Part shown: positions 24,215-33,378 of the stretch, piece after piece
Position numbering within the stretch: position 1 is the stretch's first letter
Layout: the number at the start of each line of letters is the position of its first letter
Assembly: GCA_017618315.1 (NCBI GenBank)
Contig: JAFZUN010000286.1
Coordinates: forward strand, 1 to 41,650
DNA length: 41,650 nt
From: Spirochaetales bacterium
GTDB lineage: Bacteria; Spirochaetota; Spirochaetia; Sphaerochaetales; Sphaerochaetaceae
Direction of reading: 5' to 3'
Made by a program: the position numbers and the translations under genes
The notes under the pieces: generated by a model
What the model was told of the DNA's origin: nothing
Database searches by the model: none
What the model saw: the letters and a program-made list of their open reading frames with translations, nothing else

Positions 24215-24281
24215 CACAAAAAAATCAGACTTTTTTCTCAAAACCTGAAATATTTCCTGCACTTTTTTCGTATATGTCTGT
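24215..24281 (+). repeat. 67-nt upstream element, copy A (paralog of 34396-34462)
   Basis: Aligned without gaps against 34396-34462. The first 13 nt are 12/13 identical (caYaaaaaaatca). The core at 24245-24275 versus 34426-34456 is 29/31 identical (cctgaaatatttccKgcacttttYtcgtatat). Both copies end immediately before ATGAAG. Confidence 0.8.
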
Positions 24282-25265
24282 ATGAAGAAAACCAGAAATA
24301 TACTTTTGATTGTTTTTATCCTGCCGGCTCTTGTCTCCTGTAATGTCTCCTGCAACCAGCAAGGCTGTGGTGGCAATGATACTTCAATCTGCATAGTAAG
24401 CTGGAATGTCCAGAATCTCTTCAATGCGGTAAATGACGGAAGTGAATATGATGAATACAAGCCTGAATCCGGATGGGACCAGCAATCCTACGAGAAGCGT
24501 CTCTCAAATATCCGAACGGTGTTCGGTTATCTGCCGTCATCAAAACAGAAGATTATTGTCCTTAATGAGGTTGAGGGCTCAGATGTCATTGAAGAGCTGA
24601 TAAAATCACATGATGTGGCCAGTATAGGCTTTCATTGGTTTGCTTGCACGTCTTCTGAGAACCAGTCCGTACAGACTGCGGTGATCAGTTCAATGCCAAT
24701 CGAGCATGCCTATGTACATGAGGTGGAAGAAGGACTAAGACCTGTTTTTGAGGTCTGCATCGAGACTGAAAGGGGTAAGATCTTCATCCTTGCAGTTCAC
24801 TACAAATCGAACTTGGGAGGTTCTGAGGAGACAGAGGCTCAGAGGCAGAAGGCAGCTGGTGTCACCGCCCAGATTGCCAGAGTTCTTGAGCAGGAGAACC
24901 CGGGCTGTCTGATCCTTGTCTGCGGGGACATGAATGAGGAATGCTGGGACAATCGTATCATGGGTCCGGACGGACCCTTGAAGGCATCAGGATCATTCTC
25001 TCCGGGTTTCTGGTACTGTTTCTGGAAGGATCAGGAGAGATCAATCTGGCCGAACGGTTCCTACTGGTATTCGGGAAACTGGAGATGCTATGACAACATA
25101 CTGGTATCCGCATCCGGTTCTGACGGTGCGGGTCTGGAGTTTGAGAACTGTGGAGTGATCTTCAAGGGTATCCTGAGCACCGCGGACTCGAAGCCTGCAT
25201 CATGGAACAGGAGGCTTCTGACAGGGGTGTCAGACCATGTTCCGGTCTGGATAATGCTGAAATAA
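24282..25265 (+). CDS. endonuclease/exonuclease/phosphatase (EEP) family lipoprotein
   Basis: Lipobox LVSC in MKKTRNILLIVFILPALVSC. EEP motifs WNVQNLF, LNEVE, GDMNE and a terminal SDHVPVW. Confidence 0.8.
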   Translation: MKKTRNILLIVFILPALVSCNVSCNQQGCGGNDTSICIVSWNVQNLFNAVNDGSEYDEYKPESGWDQQSYEKRLSNIRTVFGYLPSSKQKIIVLNEVEGSDVIEELIKSHDVASIGFHWFACTSSENQSVQTAVISSMPIEHAYVHEVEEGLRPVFEVCIETERGKIFILAVHYKSNLGGSEETEAQRQKAAGVTAQIARVLEQENPGCLILVCGDMNEECWDNRIMGPDGPLKASGSFSPGFWYCFWKDQERSIWPNGSYWYSGNWRCYDNILVSASGSDGAGLEFENCGVIFKGILSTADSKPASWNRRLLTGVSDHVPVWIMLK

Positions 25266-25357
25266 CAGGTGGACAACAATGTCGATTCTTTTTATGATAT
25301 GAAGTATTAGTATTAATAATAACAGTACGACTGTACTGGGAAGAGGTATCATTTCTT

Positions 25358-26860
25358 ATGAGACTTAAGCCTTACCTGTTGGTGGTCATACTTGTTGCAC
25401 TGGTCATTACCCCGGTTTTTGCCGACGGGATGTTCGTGCAATCTCCGTTATACCCAAGTGATGTGGACTACTCTTACAGTTCTCAGCTTGGAATAACCGA
25501 ATTACCAACAACTTCTCCTGAGAATTTTCCTGAGAATGCAGTTCTCCAGGCCATCGGAAACACCGATTACCCTGTCACACCGGGTGACGGTTTCACATTG
25601 ATTTATTCAGACGGAAAGAACCCTGTGACTCTGGAGCTTCAGGCAGACAGTGACTGCCGTGTCATGATCCAGTCTGTTGGAGTCGTGGATGCCGCAGGTC
25701 TGACATACAGGGAGTTCAAGCTTCAGGTTGAGGACCTGATCTCAAAATATTACACTTATTCGGCGCCTCAGCTTATTCTCAAGAACTGCGGTGTGTTTTC
25801 TGTAAGAGTCAGCGGAGAGGTCTCCTACACACAGTATGTCACGGCATGGGGTCTCTCAAGACTCTCTGATCTTGCAGGTTTTGCAAGCAGATATGCATCC
25901 ACAAGGTCTGTCACACTGATTTCAAAGGACGGCACCAGAAGCGATTATGATCTTTATGCCGCTCTCAGGAATGACTCGTTTGAGGACAATCCGCTTCTCT
26001 CTCCCGGCTGTGAGGTGAGATTCAACAAGGCAGAGAAAATCATCTCTCTTGGCGGGGCAGTCAAGAGTCCTGGAGTCTACCAGCCTTTATCCGGTGAATC
26101 CCTGTATCAGATTATTGAGAAATACGGTGACGGTCTGCTCAATTCAGCGGACGGGAGAAGCCTCTCCGTCTCCAACTATCAGAACGGTGTGTACAGTGCC
26201 AGACAGCTTACTATCGAAGATGCCAAAACATATGTTCCTGCTGACGGAGATGCAATCAGCATCACATCCGGCTCGCAGGCCATGCCATTTGTGACAATCA
26301 CAGGCGCGGTTGCCGCAGAATCAAACACAAGCCTGGCGGCCGCAAGCAGGGTGAACTACAACTTCATTCCAGGGGAGACTGCGCTTCAGCTGGTCCGCAA
26401 CATAGCATTGATGCTCCTTCCTACAAGCGACACCAGCGCTATCTACATCCTCCGCGGTTCAAAGAAGATTTATGTCGATGCCTCTGCGGCACTCACGTCG
26501 GCGGAGATCGGAGACATTTACCTTGAGCAGGGAGATATTGTGGTCATTCCGTTCTCGCAGCTTACCGTCACAGTCACAGGTGCTGTCAGGAATCCCGGTT
26601 CTTTCACTTATGTTCCGGACCGCAGCACAGACTATTACATCAACCTCGCCGGAGGTTTCTCTGATGTGGCTACCCAGGGTGTAAAGGTCCTGGACAAGGA
26701 AGGCAACAAGATCAAGGACAACAGTGTTCCTGCTGATTCGACAATAGTTGCGAACAAGACAAATCTGACAACCAACCTTGCGCTTGTCGCATCTATTCTC
26801 TCTATTGTGAGCACTGTCCTGACGATAGTGATCAACGGTCACACAATTGCCACATGGTGA
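25358..26860 (+). CDS. polysaccharide export protein (Wza-like, Poly_export + SLBB domains) with C-terminal TM helix
   Basis: Signal peptide, YPVTPGDGFTLIY (Poly_export-like), two SLBB-like segments (GGAVKSPGVYQP...., VTGAVRNPGSFTYVP....YINLAGGFSD) and a hydrophobic C-terminus LALVASILSIVSTVLTIVI. Confidence 0.7.
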   Translation: MRLKPYLLVVILVALVITPVFADGMFVQSPLYPSDVDYSYSSQLGITELPTTSPENFPENAVLQAIGNTDYPVTPGDGFTLIYSDGKNPVTLELQADSDCRVMIQSVGVVDAAGLTYREFKLQVEDLISKYYTYSAPQLILKNCGVFSVRVSGEVSYTQYVTAWGLSRLSDLAGFASRYASTRSVTLISKDGTRSDYDLYAALRNDSFEDNPLLSPGCEVRFNKAEKIISLGGAVKSPGVYQPLSGESLYQIIEKYGDGLLNSADGRSLSVSNYQNGVYSARQLTIEDAKTYVPADGDAISITSGSQAMPFVTITGAVAAESNTSLAAASRVNYNFIPGETALQLVRNIALMLLPTSDTSAIYILRGSKKIYVDASAALTSAEIGDIYLEQGDIVVIPFSQLTVTVTGAVRNPGSFTYVPDRSTDYYINLAGGFSDVATQGVKVLDKEGNKIKDNSVPADSTIVANKTNLTTNLALVASILSIVSTVLTIVINGHTIATW

Positions 26861-26875
26861 TGCTGGAGGTAAGTC

Positions 26876-29332
26876 ATGGAAGAAAAAGAAATGAATGAAA
26901 GACGAGACATCCAGTACAACACGGAAAGGGACGAACAGGAGATCTCAATCTCACAGCTTCTCGGCATTGTGAAGCAGAGAAGGGTCTGGATCTACCTGTT
27001 CTTCATACTTGCAGTAGGGGCTGCAATCTTTTACCTGAAGATAACTGATCCCACATATGAGGCGACCGCCAGCGCACTGGTTGAGCCCATCTCAAACGCG
27101 ACATCAATCGAGAGCCTTCTTACATCTTCATCAAGTTCCTCGAAGATTGACACGGAAGTGCAGCTCATCACGTCATCCACGAACCTTCAGAACGCCCTAG
27201 ACCGGCTTGATCTGTCACAATATCTGGACCCGGACGGAGTGCCGTATTCAGAGAAGGGACTCAAAGGTCAGAATTTCACAAAGAAGGTCTCCGTCAAGAC
27301 AGTAAGCAACACAAAGGTCATTCAGCTTACCGTCTCTGACAAGAATGCCCAGTTCTGCGCGGATTTTGCCAATGCAGTTCTTGACGCATATACGGAGATG
27401 CTTACCCGTATTGCAAAGAACTCAAAAAGCGCTCAGCGCGAGTTTTTGGAGACGCAGATTCCTGCCACAGAGGCCCTCCTTGCGGAGGCAAGTGTCGCTC
27501 TCTCAGATTACAAGGAGCAGAGCGGAATCACCCAGATGACCCAGAAGAACACTCTTCTGACAACAAAGATCGCATCATTCCAGCTTGAGATAGAGCCGCT
27601 CAAGCTCCAGATGATCGAGGCCCAGAGCCTCATGGAAAGCCTGAATACTGACGGGAGGCTCCCTTCCGTTGATGAAATCAGGAAGACTGCCTCGCTTGAC
27701 GGTCTTCTTGAGGATTACAAGGCAAACAGCAAAGAGCTGATCATGTATCAGAATGTCGAATCATCTGCTGAGTCATCAAGGATCTTTGTGCTTCAGAACG
27801 CCTTGGCTTCCAAGGAAAAAGATATCCTCAATGCGGTTGTCTCCCTGTTGGGTCAGGGTAACTCCGCGTATGCGAAAGCCGCATCTGATTACATCCTTGT
27901 CATGACGCAGATAGATGCCATCGAGAACGTCATTGATGTCTATAACAGTGATCTGGCTGACTATCCTCTCATGGAGCGTAAGTACCTTGAGCTTCAAAGG
28001 AACGTCGAGATTTACGAGCAGCTTCTTCTCTCTCTCAGACAGCTTCTTGAAGAGACCAGGATGGTCGAGGCCGCGGTTGTGGGAAATGTCAATGTGATTG
28101 ACGGCGCTGTAGTGCCCACATCTCCTGTGAGTCCGAGAAAGCTCATGATTCTTGCGATAGCGGTTGTGGGCGGAGTAGTTATGGGTGTCCTGTTCGGCCT
28201 GTTCCTGGAGTTCACCGATGACACTATCCGCAGTGAGGACACAATCAAGAACATTGTCGGACGCGATGTGCCGTCACTTGGCTGGACTCCGTTCATAAGG
28301 GATGTTGATAAGGTCAGGAAGGATTTCCCTGCACTGTTTGTCCTTAACGATCCCGATGCGTCGGTATCAGAACGTTTCAGGGCAATCTCAAACAACATCA
28401 TTTACTCTTTGCCCAAGAAGATTCAGGTTCTGTCAATAAACTCCACCGATATGAGTGAGGGAAAGACCACTGTCATATGCAACGTTGCGGCATCATATGC
28501 CATGACAGGCAAGAAAGTCCTTCTGATTGACGGTGATTTCCGTAAGCCAGCTATTGAGGCGTTCTTCAAGCTCAAGAGATCAAAGATAGGTCTTGTTGAC
28601 TCGGTTATCAACGATGTTCCTCTTGAGAAGTGCATAGTAAGACCTACAGAACAGATTCCGAACCTCCATATCCTTCCCCCAGGATCCGGCACCAGGAACC
28701 CGAATGCCCTGTACAACTCTGAGAAGTTCAACGCGATAATAGAGAAGCTCAAGACAGTCTATGACTATGTCATCATAGACTGCCCGCCGCTCTCATACGG
28801 ATCCGAGTTCACTCACCTTGCAAAACATCTTGACGGCTTTGTCCTGAATGTCAGGGCCGGTGTATCTTCAAAGAGAGCCTTGGCAAGTTTCATAGCCGAC
28901 CTCGAGTTCCTTCAGGCCCCGCTTCTTGGATTCATCTATTATGGTGTTGTGGCAAGGAACCAGAGCTCCTATGGCACTTACGGTTACTATGGGGCCTATG
29001 GCAGTTACGCCAAGAAGCGTTACGGCTATGGTTATGGCAAGTCTTACGGTTATTACGGATCAAACCACAAACCTCTCTATGAGGAGGGCCGTGGCTCATA
29101 CAGGCAGATTCATATCAAGGAACTGAAGAAAAGGAAAGAGGTCGCCTATGGAAACAGGGAGCCTGTTCTTGCATTCTCCGCAGGATTGTCTGCAGCCTTC
29201 AGCTCAGCTGTGAATGGAGGGCGGGTCAAGCAAGGACCTGTGATCCGGACTGTCAAAGATGCAGAGAAGAAGACATCAGACATGTTGTCCGATATCGAGA
29301 ACATCTACAAGAAAAACGAACAAAAGAAATGA
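26876..29332 (+). CDS. Wzc-like polysaccharide co-polymerase fused to BY-type tyrosine autokinase
   Basis: Wzz-type N-terminus with a TM helix (VWIYLFFILAVGAAIFYL), a long coiled periplasmic region and a second TM. Walker A SEGKTT, Walker A' LLIDGDFRKP, Walker B VIIDCPP. Tyr cluster with 12 Tyr in 30 aa at 28970-29059. Confidence 0.85.
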   Translation: MEEKEMNERRDIQYNTERDEQEISISQLLGIVKQRRVWIYLFFILAVGAAIFYLKITDPTYEATASALVEPISNATSIESLLTSSSSSSKIDTEVQLITSSTNLQNALDRLDLSQYLDPDGVPYSEKGLKGQNFTKKVSVKTVSNTKVIQLTVSDKNAQFCADFANAVLDAYTEMLTRIAKNSKSAQREFLETQIPATEALLAEASVALSDYKEQSGITQMTQKNTLLTTKIASFQLEIEPLKLQMIEAQSLMESLNTDGRLPSVDEIRKTASLDGLLEDYKANSKELIMYQNVESSAESSRIFVLQNALASKEKDILNAVVSLLGQGNSAYAKAASDYILVMTQIDAIENVIDVYNSDLADYPLMERKYLELQRNVEIYEQLLLSLRQLLEETRMVEAAVVGNVNVIDGAVVPTSPVSPRKLMILAIAVVGGVVMGVLFGLFLEFTDDTIRSEDTIKNIVGRDVPSLGWTPFIRDVDKVRKDFPALFVLNDPDASVSERFRAISNNIIYSLPKKIQVLSINSTDMSEGKTTVICNVAASYAMTGKKVLLIDGDFRKPAIEAFFKLKRSKIGLVDSVINDVPLEKCIVRPTEQIPNLHILPPGSGTRNPNALYNSEKFNAIIEKLKTVYDYVIIDCPPLSYGSEFTHLAKHLDGFVLNVRAGVSSKRALASFIADLEFLQAPLLGFIYYGVVARNQSSYGTYGYYGAYGSYAKKRYGYGYGKSYGYYGSNHKPLYEEGRGSYRQIHIKELKKRKEVAYGNREPVLAFSAGLSAAFSSAVNGGRVKQGPVIRTVKDAEKKTSDMLSDIENIYKKNEQKK

Positions 29333-29346
29333 TAGCCGGGTGACAC

Positions 29347-30804
29347 ATGGATCTGCTGGGAAAGCTTAAAGAAACACTGCTATCCGTCCTCCCAATAATG
29401 GCCATTGTCCTGATCCTGAACTTCACAATCACACCGCTGGGTGCCGATAAGCTTTGGCGTTTCATTCTGGGTGGAGTGATGCTCATACTGGGGCTCTCGC
29501 TCTTTCTGGCAGGAACGGACATCGGCATGGTACCCGTGGGTGAGAAACTGGGTTCGGTTCTGGCTCACAAGCGGAATGTCTGGTTCATGCTTACTGTAGG
29601 CTTCATCATCGGTTTTGCCGTCACAATGGCAGAGCCCGATGTATCTGTTCTGGCCGGGCAGGTTCATGATCTTAATCCGTCAATTCCGGGAAACACCCTT
29701 ATTCTGATGATTGCGTTGGGCCTGGGCATATTCGTTGATATCGGTTTGCTCAGGACAGTCCTGAAAGTCAAGTTGAAATGGGTGCTTTTCGCATTTTACT
29801 CGATTGTCTTCATTTTAGTGGCGTTTATCGGGCAGTCGATGGCATCAATCAGCTTCGATGCCAGTGGTGCAACGACAGGGCCTCTGGCGGTTCCGTTCAT
29901 TCTTGCACTTGGTCTCGGAGTCTCCGCTTCGACCAAGGATGACTCCGACAGCAGTTTCGGACTTACAGGTGTTGCGTCTATCGGGCCTATTATTGCCGTG
30001 GCATTCATGGCGATGCTTGCCACGAAGAGCTCGGGTTCGGCCGCTGCGGCTGCGGGGGAGTCCGGATCAATATCGTTCATATCTGTCCTGTTGGAGACTT
30101 TGGGGGAGACTGCTCTAGGATTCGCACCGCTGTTTGCCATAATAATGCTGCTGCAGTTCACCATGCTGCATTTCCCGAAAATCAAGCTAAAGAACATCCT
30201 GCTCGGAATTCTCTACAGCTTCATCGGGATTGTGATTTTCCTTACCGGGGTGAGCTACGGGTTCGTCGAGGTGGGAATGTATCTCGGAAAGACGATATCC
30301 CGGAATTTCAGTCCTGTGCTTGTGGTTGTGCTGGCGCTTCTGTTCGGAGGCATTGTCGTCTTTGCCGAGCCTGCCGTGTGGGTTCTTACAAGACAGGTGG
30401 AGACTGTCACTGCCGGAAGAATAAAGCGTTCCATGGTCATGATCTTCATTTGCATGGGTGTTGCTGTCGCGGTTGCTCTTGCAATGGTCAGGATCCTGGC
30501 CGGAATCAACTATCTCTGGTTCGTTTTCATAGGAGTGGGGCTGTCGCTTCTCATGACTCTTGTCACTCCCTCGCTATTTACCGGAATTGCATTTGACTCA
30601 GGCGGAGTAGCGAGCGGTCCGATGAGCACATCATTCCTTCTTTCGTTCGCATTGGGAGTCTCCGGAACTGCAGACATGGGATTCGGTCTGGTGGGATTGA
30701 TTGCGATCTCACCTCTGATAGCCATCCAGATCCTGGGGATCATCTTCAGGTTAAAGGAAAAGAAAAGCAAGAAGGAGGTCCGCAATGCTGCTGCTTCAGA
30801 ATAA
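29347..30804 (+). CDS. DUF1538-family polytopic membrane protein (two fused DUF1538 repeats)
   Basis: 485 aa. The two halves align to each other (e.g. FAVTMAEPDVSVLAGQV versus GIVVFAEPAVWVLTRQV). Highly hydrophobic. Confidence 0.7.
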   Translation: MDLLGKLKETLLSVLPIMAIVLILNFTITPLGADKLWRFILGGVMLILGLSLFLAGTDIGMVPVGEKLGSVLAHKRNVWFMLTVGFIIGFAVTMAEPDVSVLAGQVHDLNPSIPGNTLILMIALGLGIFVDIGLLRTVLKVKLKWVLFAFYSIVFILVAFIGQSMASISFDASGATTGPLAVPFILALGLGVSASTKDDSDSSFGLTGVASIGPIIAVAFMAMLATKSSGSAAAAAGESGSISFISVLLETLGETALGFAPLFAIIMLLQFTMLHFPKIKLKNILLGILYSFIGIVIFLTGVSYGFVEVGMYLGKTISRNFSPVLVVVLALLFGGIVVFAEPAVWVLTRQVETVTAGRIKRSMVMIFICMGVAVAVALAMVRILAGINYLWFVFIGVGLSLLMTLVTPSLFTGIAFDSGGVASGPMSTSFLLSFALGVSGTADMGFGLVGLIAISPLIAIQILGIIFRLKEKKSKKEVRNAAASE

Positions 30805-31390
30805 TCTAATGATTGCCATAGTAAACAACGGACATGCCAGACGCTTTGTCTCCATAGCCAGGGAGTCAGGTGCAGGCGGTGGCACCATCATTCCCGCAAA
30901 GGGAACCGCGACCGGTAATTTCCTCAGAATCCTGGGACTGGGTGATACATCAAAGGAGATGATTCTCATGGTCATCGGCGGTGATCTTGCGGAAAAGATT
31001 GTAGAAAAGGTCCAGAGTGACGGACGCGTTAAGGGAGTAGTTGCTCTGCTCGGATCCGAGAAGGAGGAAAACATGGCTTCTAAATGGAAGATGATAACAA
31101 TAATCGTGAATACAGGATATGCCGATGACATCATGGATGCCGCAAGAAAAGCTGGCGCAAGCGGTGGCACGGTGACCCATGCCAGAGGAACCGGAACCGC
31201 AGATGATGGGAAGTTCCTTGGAGTGGAGATAGTACCTGAGAAAGAGATGATACTCATTCTCAGCGAGGCTGAGAAAACAGATAAGATTGTCAATGCAATC
31301 TCATCACTCAAGTGCCTTGACGAACCTGGTATCGGAATCATATACACTCAGGACGTGACCGACTTCAGGAACCTGGACCCGAAAAAATGA
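30785..31390 (+). CDS. tandem P-II-like (GlnB-fold) protein
   Basis: Two repeats of about 95 aa: MIAIVNNGHARRFVSIARESGAGGGTIIPAKGT... and MITIIVNTGYADDIMDAARKAGASGGTVTHARGT.... ATG 30785 follows AGGAGG (30773-30778) and overlaps the DUF1538 gene end. Confidence 0.7.
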   Translation: MLLLQNNLMIAIVNNGHARRFVSIARESGAGGGTIIPAKGTATGNFLRILGLGDTSKEMILMVIGGDLAEKIVEKVQSDGRVKGVVALLGSEKEENMASKWKMITIIVNTGYADDIMDAARKAGASGGTVTHARGTGTADDGKFLGVEIVPEKEMILILSEAEKTDKIVNAISSLKCLDEPGIGIIYTQDVTDFRNLDPKK

Positions 31391-32619
31391 CAGATACTCC
31401 TCAGATTGTTATCAAGGCCGGCAAGGAGAAGAATCTCCTCAGGCATCATCCATGGGTATTCTCCGGGGCAATAGAGGGCACCGCTCCATCAGAGGCATGC
31501 ACATGCAGCGTTGTGACCTATGAGCAGAGATTCATCGCATGGGGAGCTTATGATCCCGAGAGCCACATACAGCTGAGGCTCCTCTCGTGGAAGCAGGAGA
31601 GCTTTCCTGATGATGAGTGGTGGCGTGAGACTGTCAGATCATCAATCATCAGGCGTCGGCGCTTCTTTGAGGACAAGGCATCACAGACAACAGCGTTCAG
31701 GATAATCCACGGGGAGGCCGACATGCTCCCGGGTATTGCTGCGGATGTCTATGGCAAGATTGTCAGGATCATCCTGAGCGCCCGCATAGCATGGGACAAG
31801 AGACCCATTGTGGTGTCAGCCATTGAGGAGCTTCTTCATCCACAGATGATCATCCTGAACACCGATTCTTCATTCTGTGCCATCGAGCACCTTCATGAGG
31901 TGACGGAATATTACCGTCAGGGACAGAGGTTCACACCGTCCGAGAGACTTGATGACATCATGATCAGGGAAAGCGGTCTGTACTATGGTCTGACTCCGGG
32001 CTCCGGTCAGAAGAGCGGATTCTACTGTGACCAGCGTGAGAACAGGATCAGGCTTGAGCAGTATGTCCGTGATGCGGAGGTTCTAGACGGATGCTGCTAC
32101 ACGGGCGGATTCACATTACATGCCTTGAGAGCTGGAGCAAAGCATGTCCAGGCTGTTGACAGCTCATCTGATGCGGTGCACAGGCTTCTCTCAAATGTCA
32201 ACCTGAATGTGGAGCTCGGAACGCTTGGTCCTGATGCCCGTGAGCGTGTTGACGCGGAGAAGGCGGACATCTTCGAGTATCTCAGAACAATGCCCCGGAA
32301 TAAGTATGACGTGATAGTTCTTGACCCGCCTAAGCTCGCTCAGACCATCAAGGCTCTTGAAAATGCCAAGAAGGCATATAAGGATCTGAACCGAACGGCA
32401 ATGGAGAAGATCAAGGACGGAGGCATTCTTGTGACATGCTCATGTTCGGGTTCACTTTCCCGTGAGGACTTCAGGACAGTCCTTGCATGGAGCGCAAAGG
32501 ATGCAGGGGTTGAGGTTCAGGTGCTTGAAACTCTGGGACAGGCACAGGATCATCCGGTAAGGCTTTCATTCCCGGAGAGCGAGTATCTGAAGGTTTTTAT
32601 TCTGCGCGTGATTAAATGA
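31387..32619 (+). CDS. rlmI: class I SAM-dependent 23S rRNA (cytosine-C5) methyltransferase RlmI-like (PUA + MTase)
   Basis: The N-terminus KAGKEKNLLRHHPWVFSGAI matches the RlmI signature. SAM-MTase core VLDGCCYTGGF ... VIVLDPP. ATGA overlap with the upstream gene. Confidence 0.8.
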   Translation: MTDTPQIVIKAGKEKNLLRHHPWVFSGAIEGTAPSEACTCSVVTYEQRFIAWGAYDPESHIQLRLLSWKQESFPDDEWWRETVRSSIIRRRRFFEDKASQTTAFRIIHGEADMLPGIAADVYGKIVRIILSARIAWDKRPIVVSAIEELLHPQMIILNTDSSFCAIEHLHEVTEYYRQGQRFTPSERLDDIMIRESGLYYGLTPGSGQKSGFYCDQRENRIRLEQYVRDAEVLDGCCYTGGFTLHALRAGAKHVQAVDSSSDAVHRLLSNVNLNVELGTLGPDARERVDAEKADIFEYLRTMPRNKYDVIVLDPPKLAQTIKALENAKKAYKDLNRTAMEKIKDGGILVTCSCSGSLSREDFRTVLAWSAKDAGVEVQVLETLGQAQDHPVRLSFPESEYLKVFILRVIK

Positions 32620-32700
32620 AGTTTCGTGTGTATATATGATGAATTCTTGAAAAAGAATGTACTAAGTATTAGTCTAAATGACAAGAAAAGGGGGATTCCG

Positions 32701-33357
32701 ATGTCAAAGAGAATCATGGTTCTGGCAATTGCACTTGTGCTTTGCATCTTTGTTGCGCAGGGTGTTTTTGCAGAAGAAAACCAGTATCCAACTTATTACA
32801 GGCAGTTTACAGCCAAAACCATTGAAGATGGTTATTCACTGAGGGATGCGCTCTGGTTCAATCCTACAATCTATTGCCTTGATGTGCTTCAGTTCAATCA
32901 GGCTTATCTAATGCCTGAGGATCCTGTGACATTCTTCCTGAATGCAGCACAAGAGACAGATGAGTCAATCGAGGAGAGTTATTACATCTACGGATCATTC
33001 ATTGAGCCTGAGTATGTCGGACGTGTGAGTTTCTATTACAGCTGTGATGTAGAGGAATACGCCAAGGCTATAGAGTATGAATTCGACTCCTCCTATACAT
33101 ATTACCTCAGTAATGTGTTCACTGATCTTGAGACAGTCCCTGAGATTTTCCCGATGGGAGTCGGAAGGGCAAACTCATATGACACATACAGGCGCACAGC
33201 CCTTCAGCTTGCATTCTATTGCGCAAAGAACGGCAAGACACCTGCATTCGATGACATCAATGAGTACCTTGATCAGATGTTCGCCTTATTCGAGCAGCAG
33301 TTCGAGGATGCAATGGAGGCAGAGGCTGCCGCCACTGCAGGAACAACAGCAGACTGA
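32701..33357 (+). CDS. hypothetical exported acidic protein
   Basis: Start refined to ATG 32701 (MSKRIMVLAIALVLCIFVAQGVFA signal peptide) after AAAGGGGG. No recognisable motifs. Confidence 0.55.
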   Translation: MSKRIMVLAIALVLCIFVAQGVFAEENQYPTYYRQFTAKTIEDGYSLRDALWFNPTIYCLDVLQFNQAYLMPEDPVTFFLNAAQETDESIEESYYIYGSFIEPEYVGRVSFYYSCDVEEYAKAIEYEFDSSYTYYLSNVFTDLETVPEIFPMGVGRANSYDTYRRTALQLAFYCAKNGKTPAFDDINEYLDQMFALFEQQFEDAMEAEAAATAGTTAD

Positions 33358-33378
33358 TTTAATTAGGAGATATACAAT

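Noticed and set aside
25266-25357. Small hairpins (ggaca-acaa-tgtc; cagtac-gact-gtactg) as a terminator or regulatory RNA before the Wza-like gene.
   Set aside because: The stems are only 4-6 bp in an A/T-rich spacer, which is not distinguishable from chance.
28970-29059. Tyr/Gly-rich repetitive stretch as a possible degenerate repeat or frameshift-prone pseudogene region.
   Set aside because: It is in frame and sits exactly where BY-kinases carry their autophosphorylated Tyr cluster. The reading frame continues to a normal stop.
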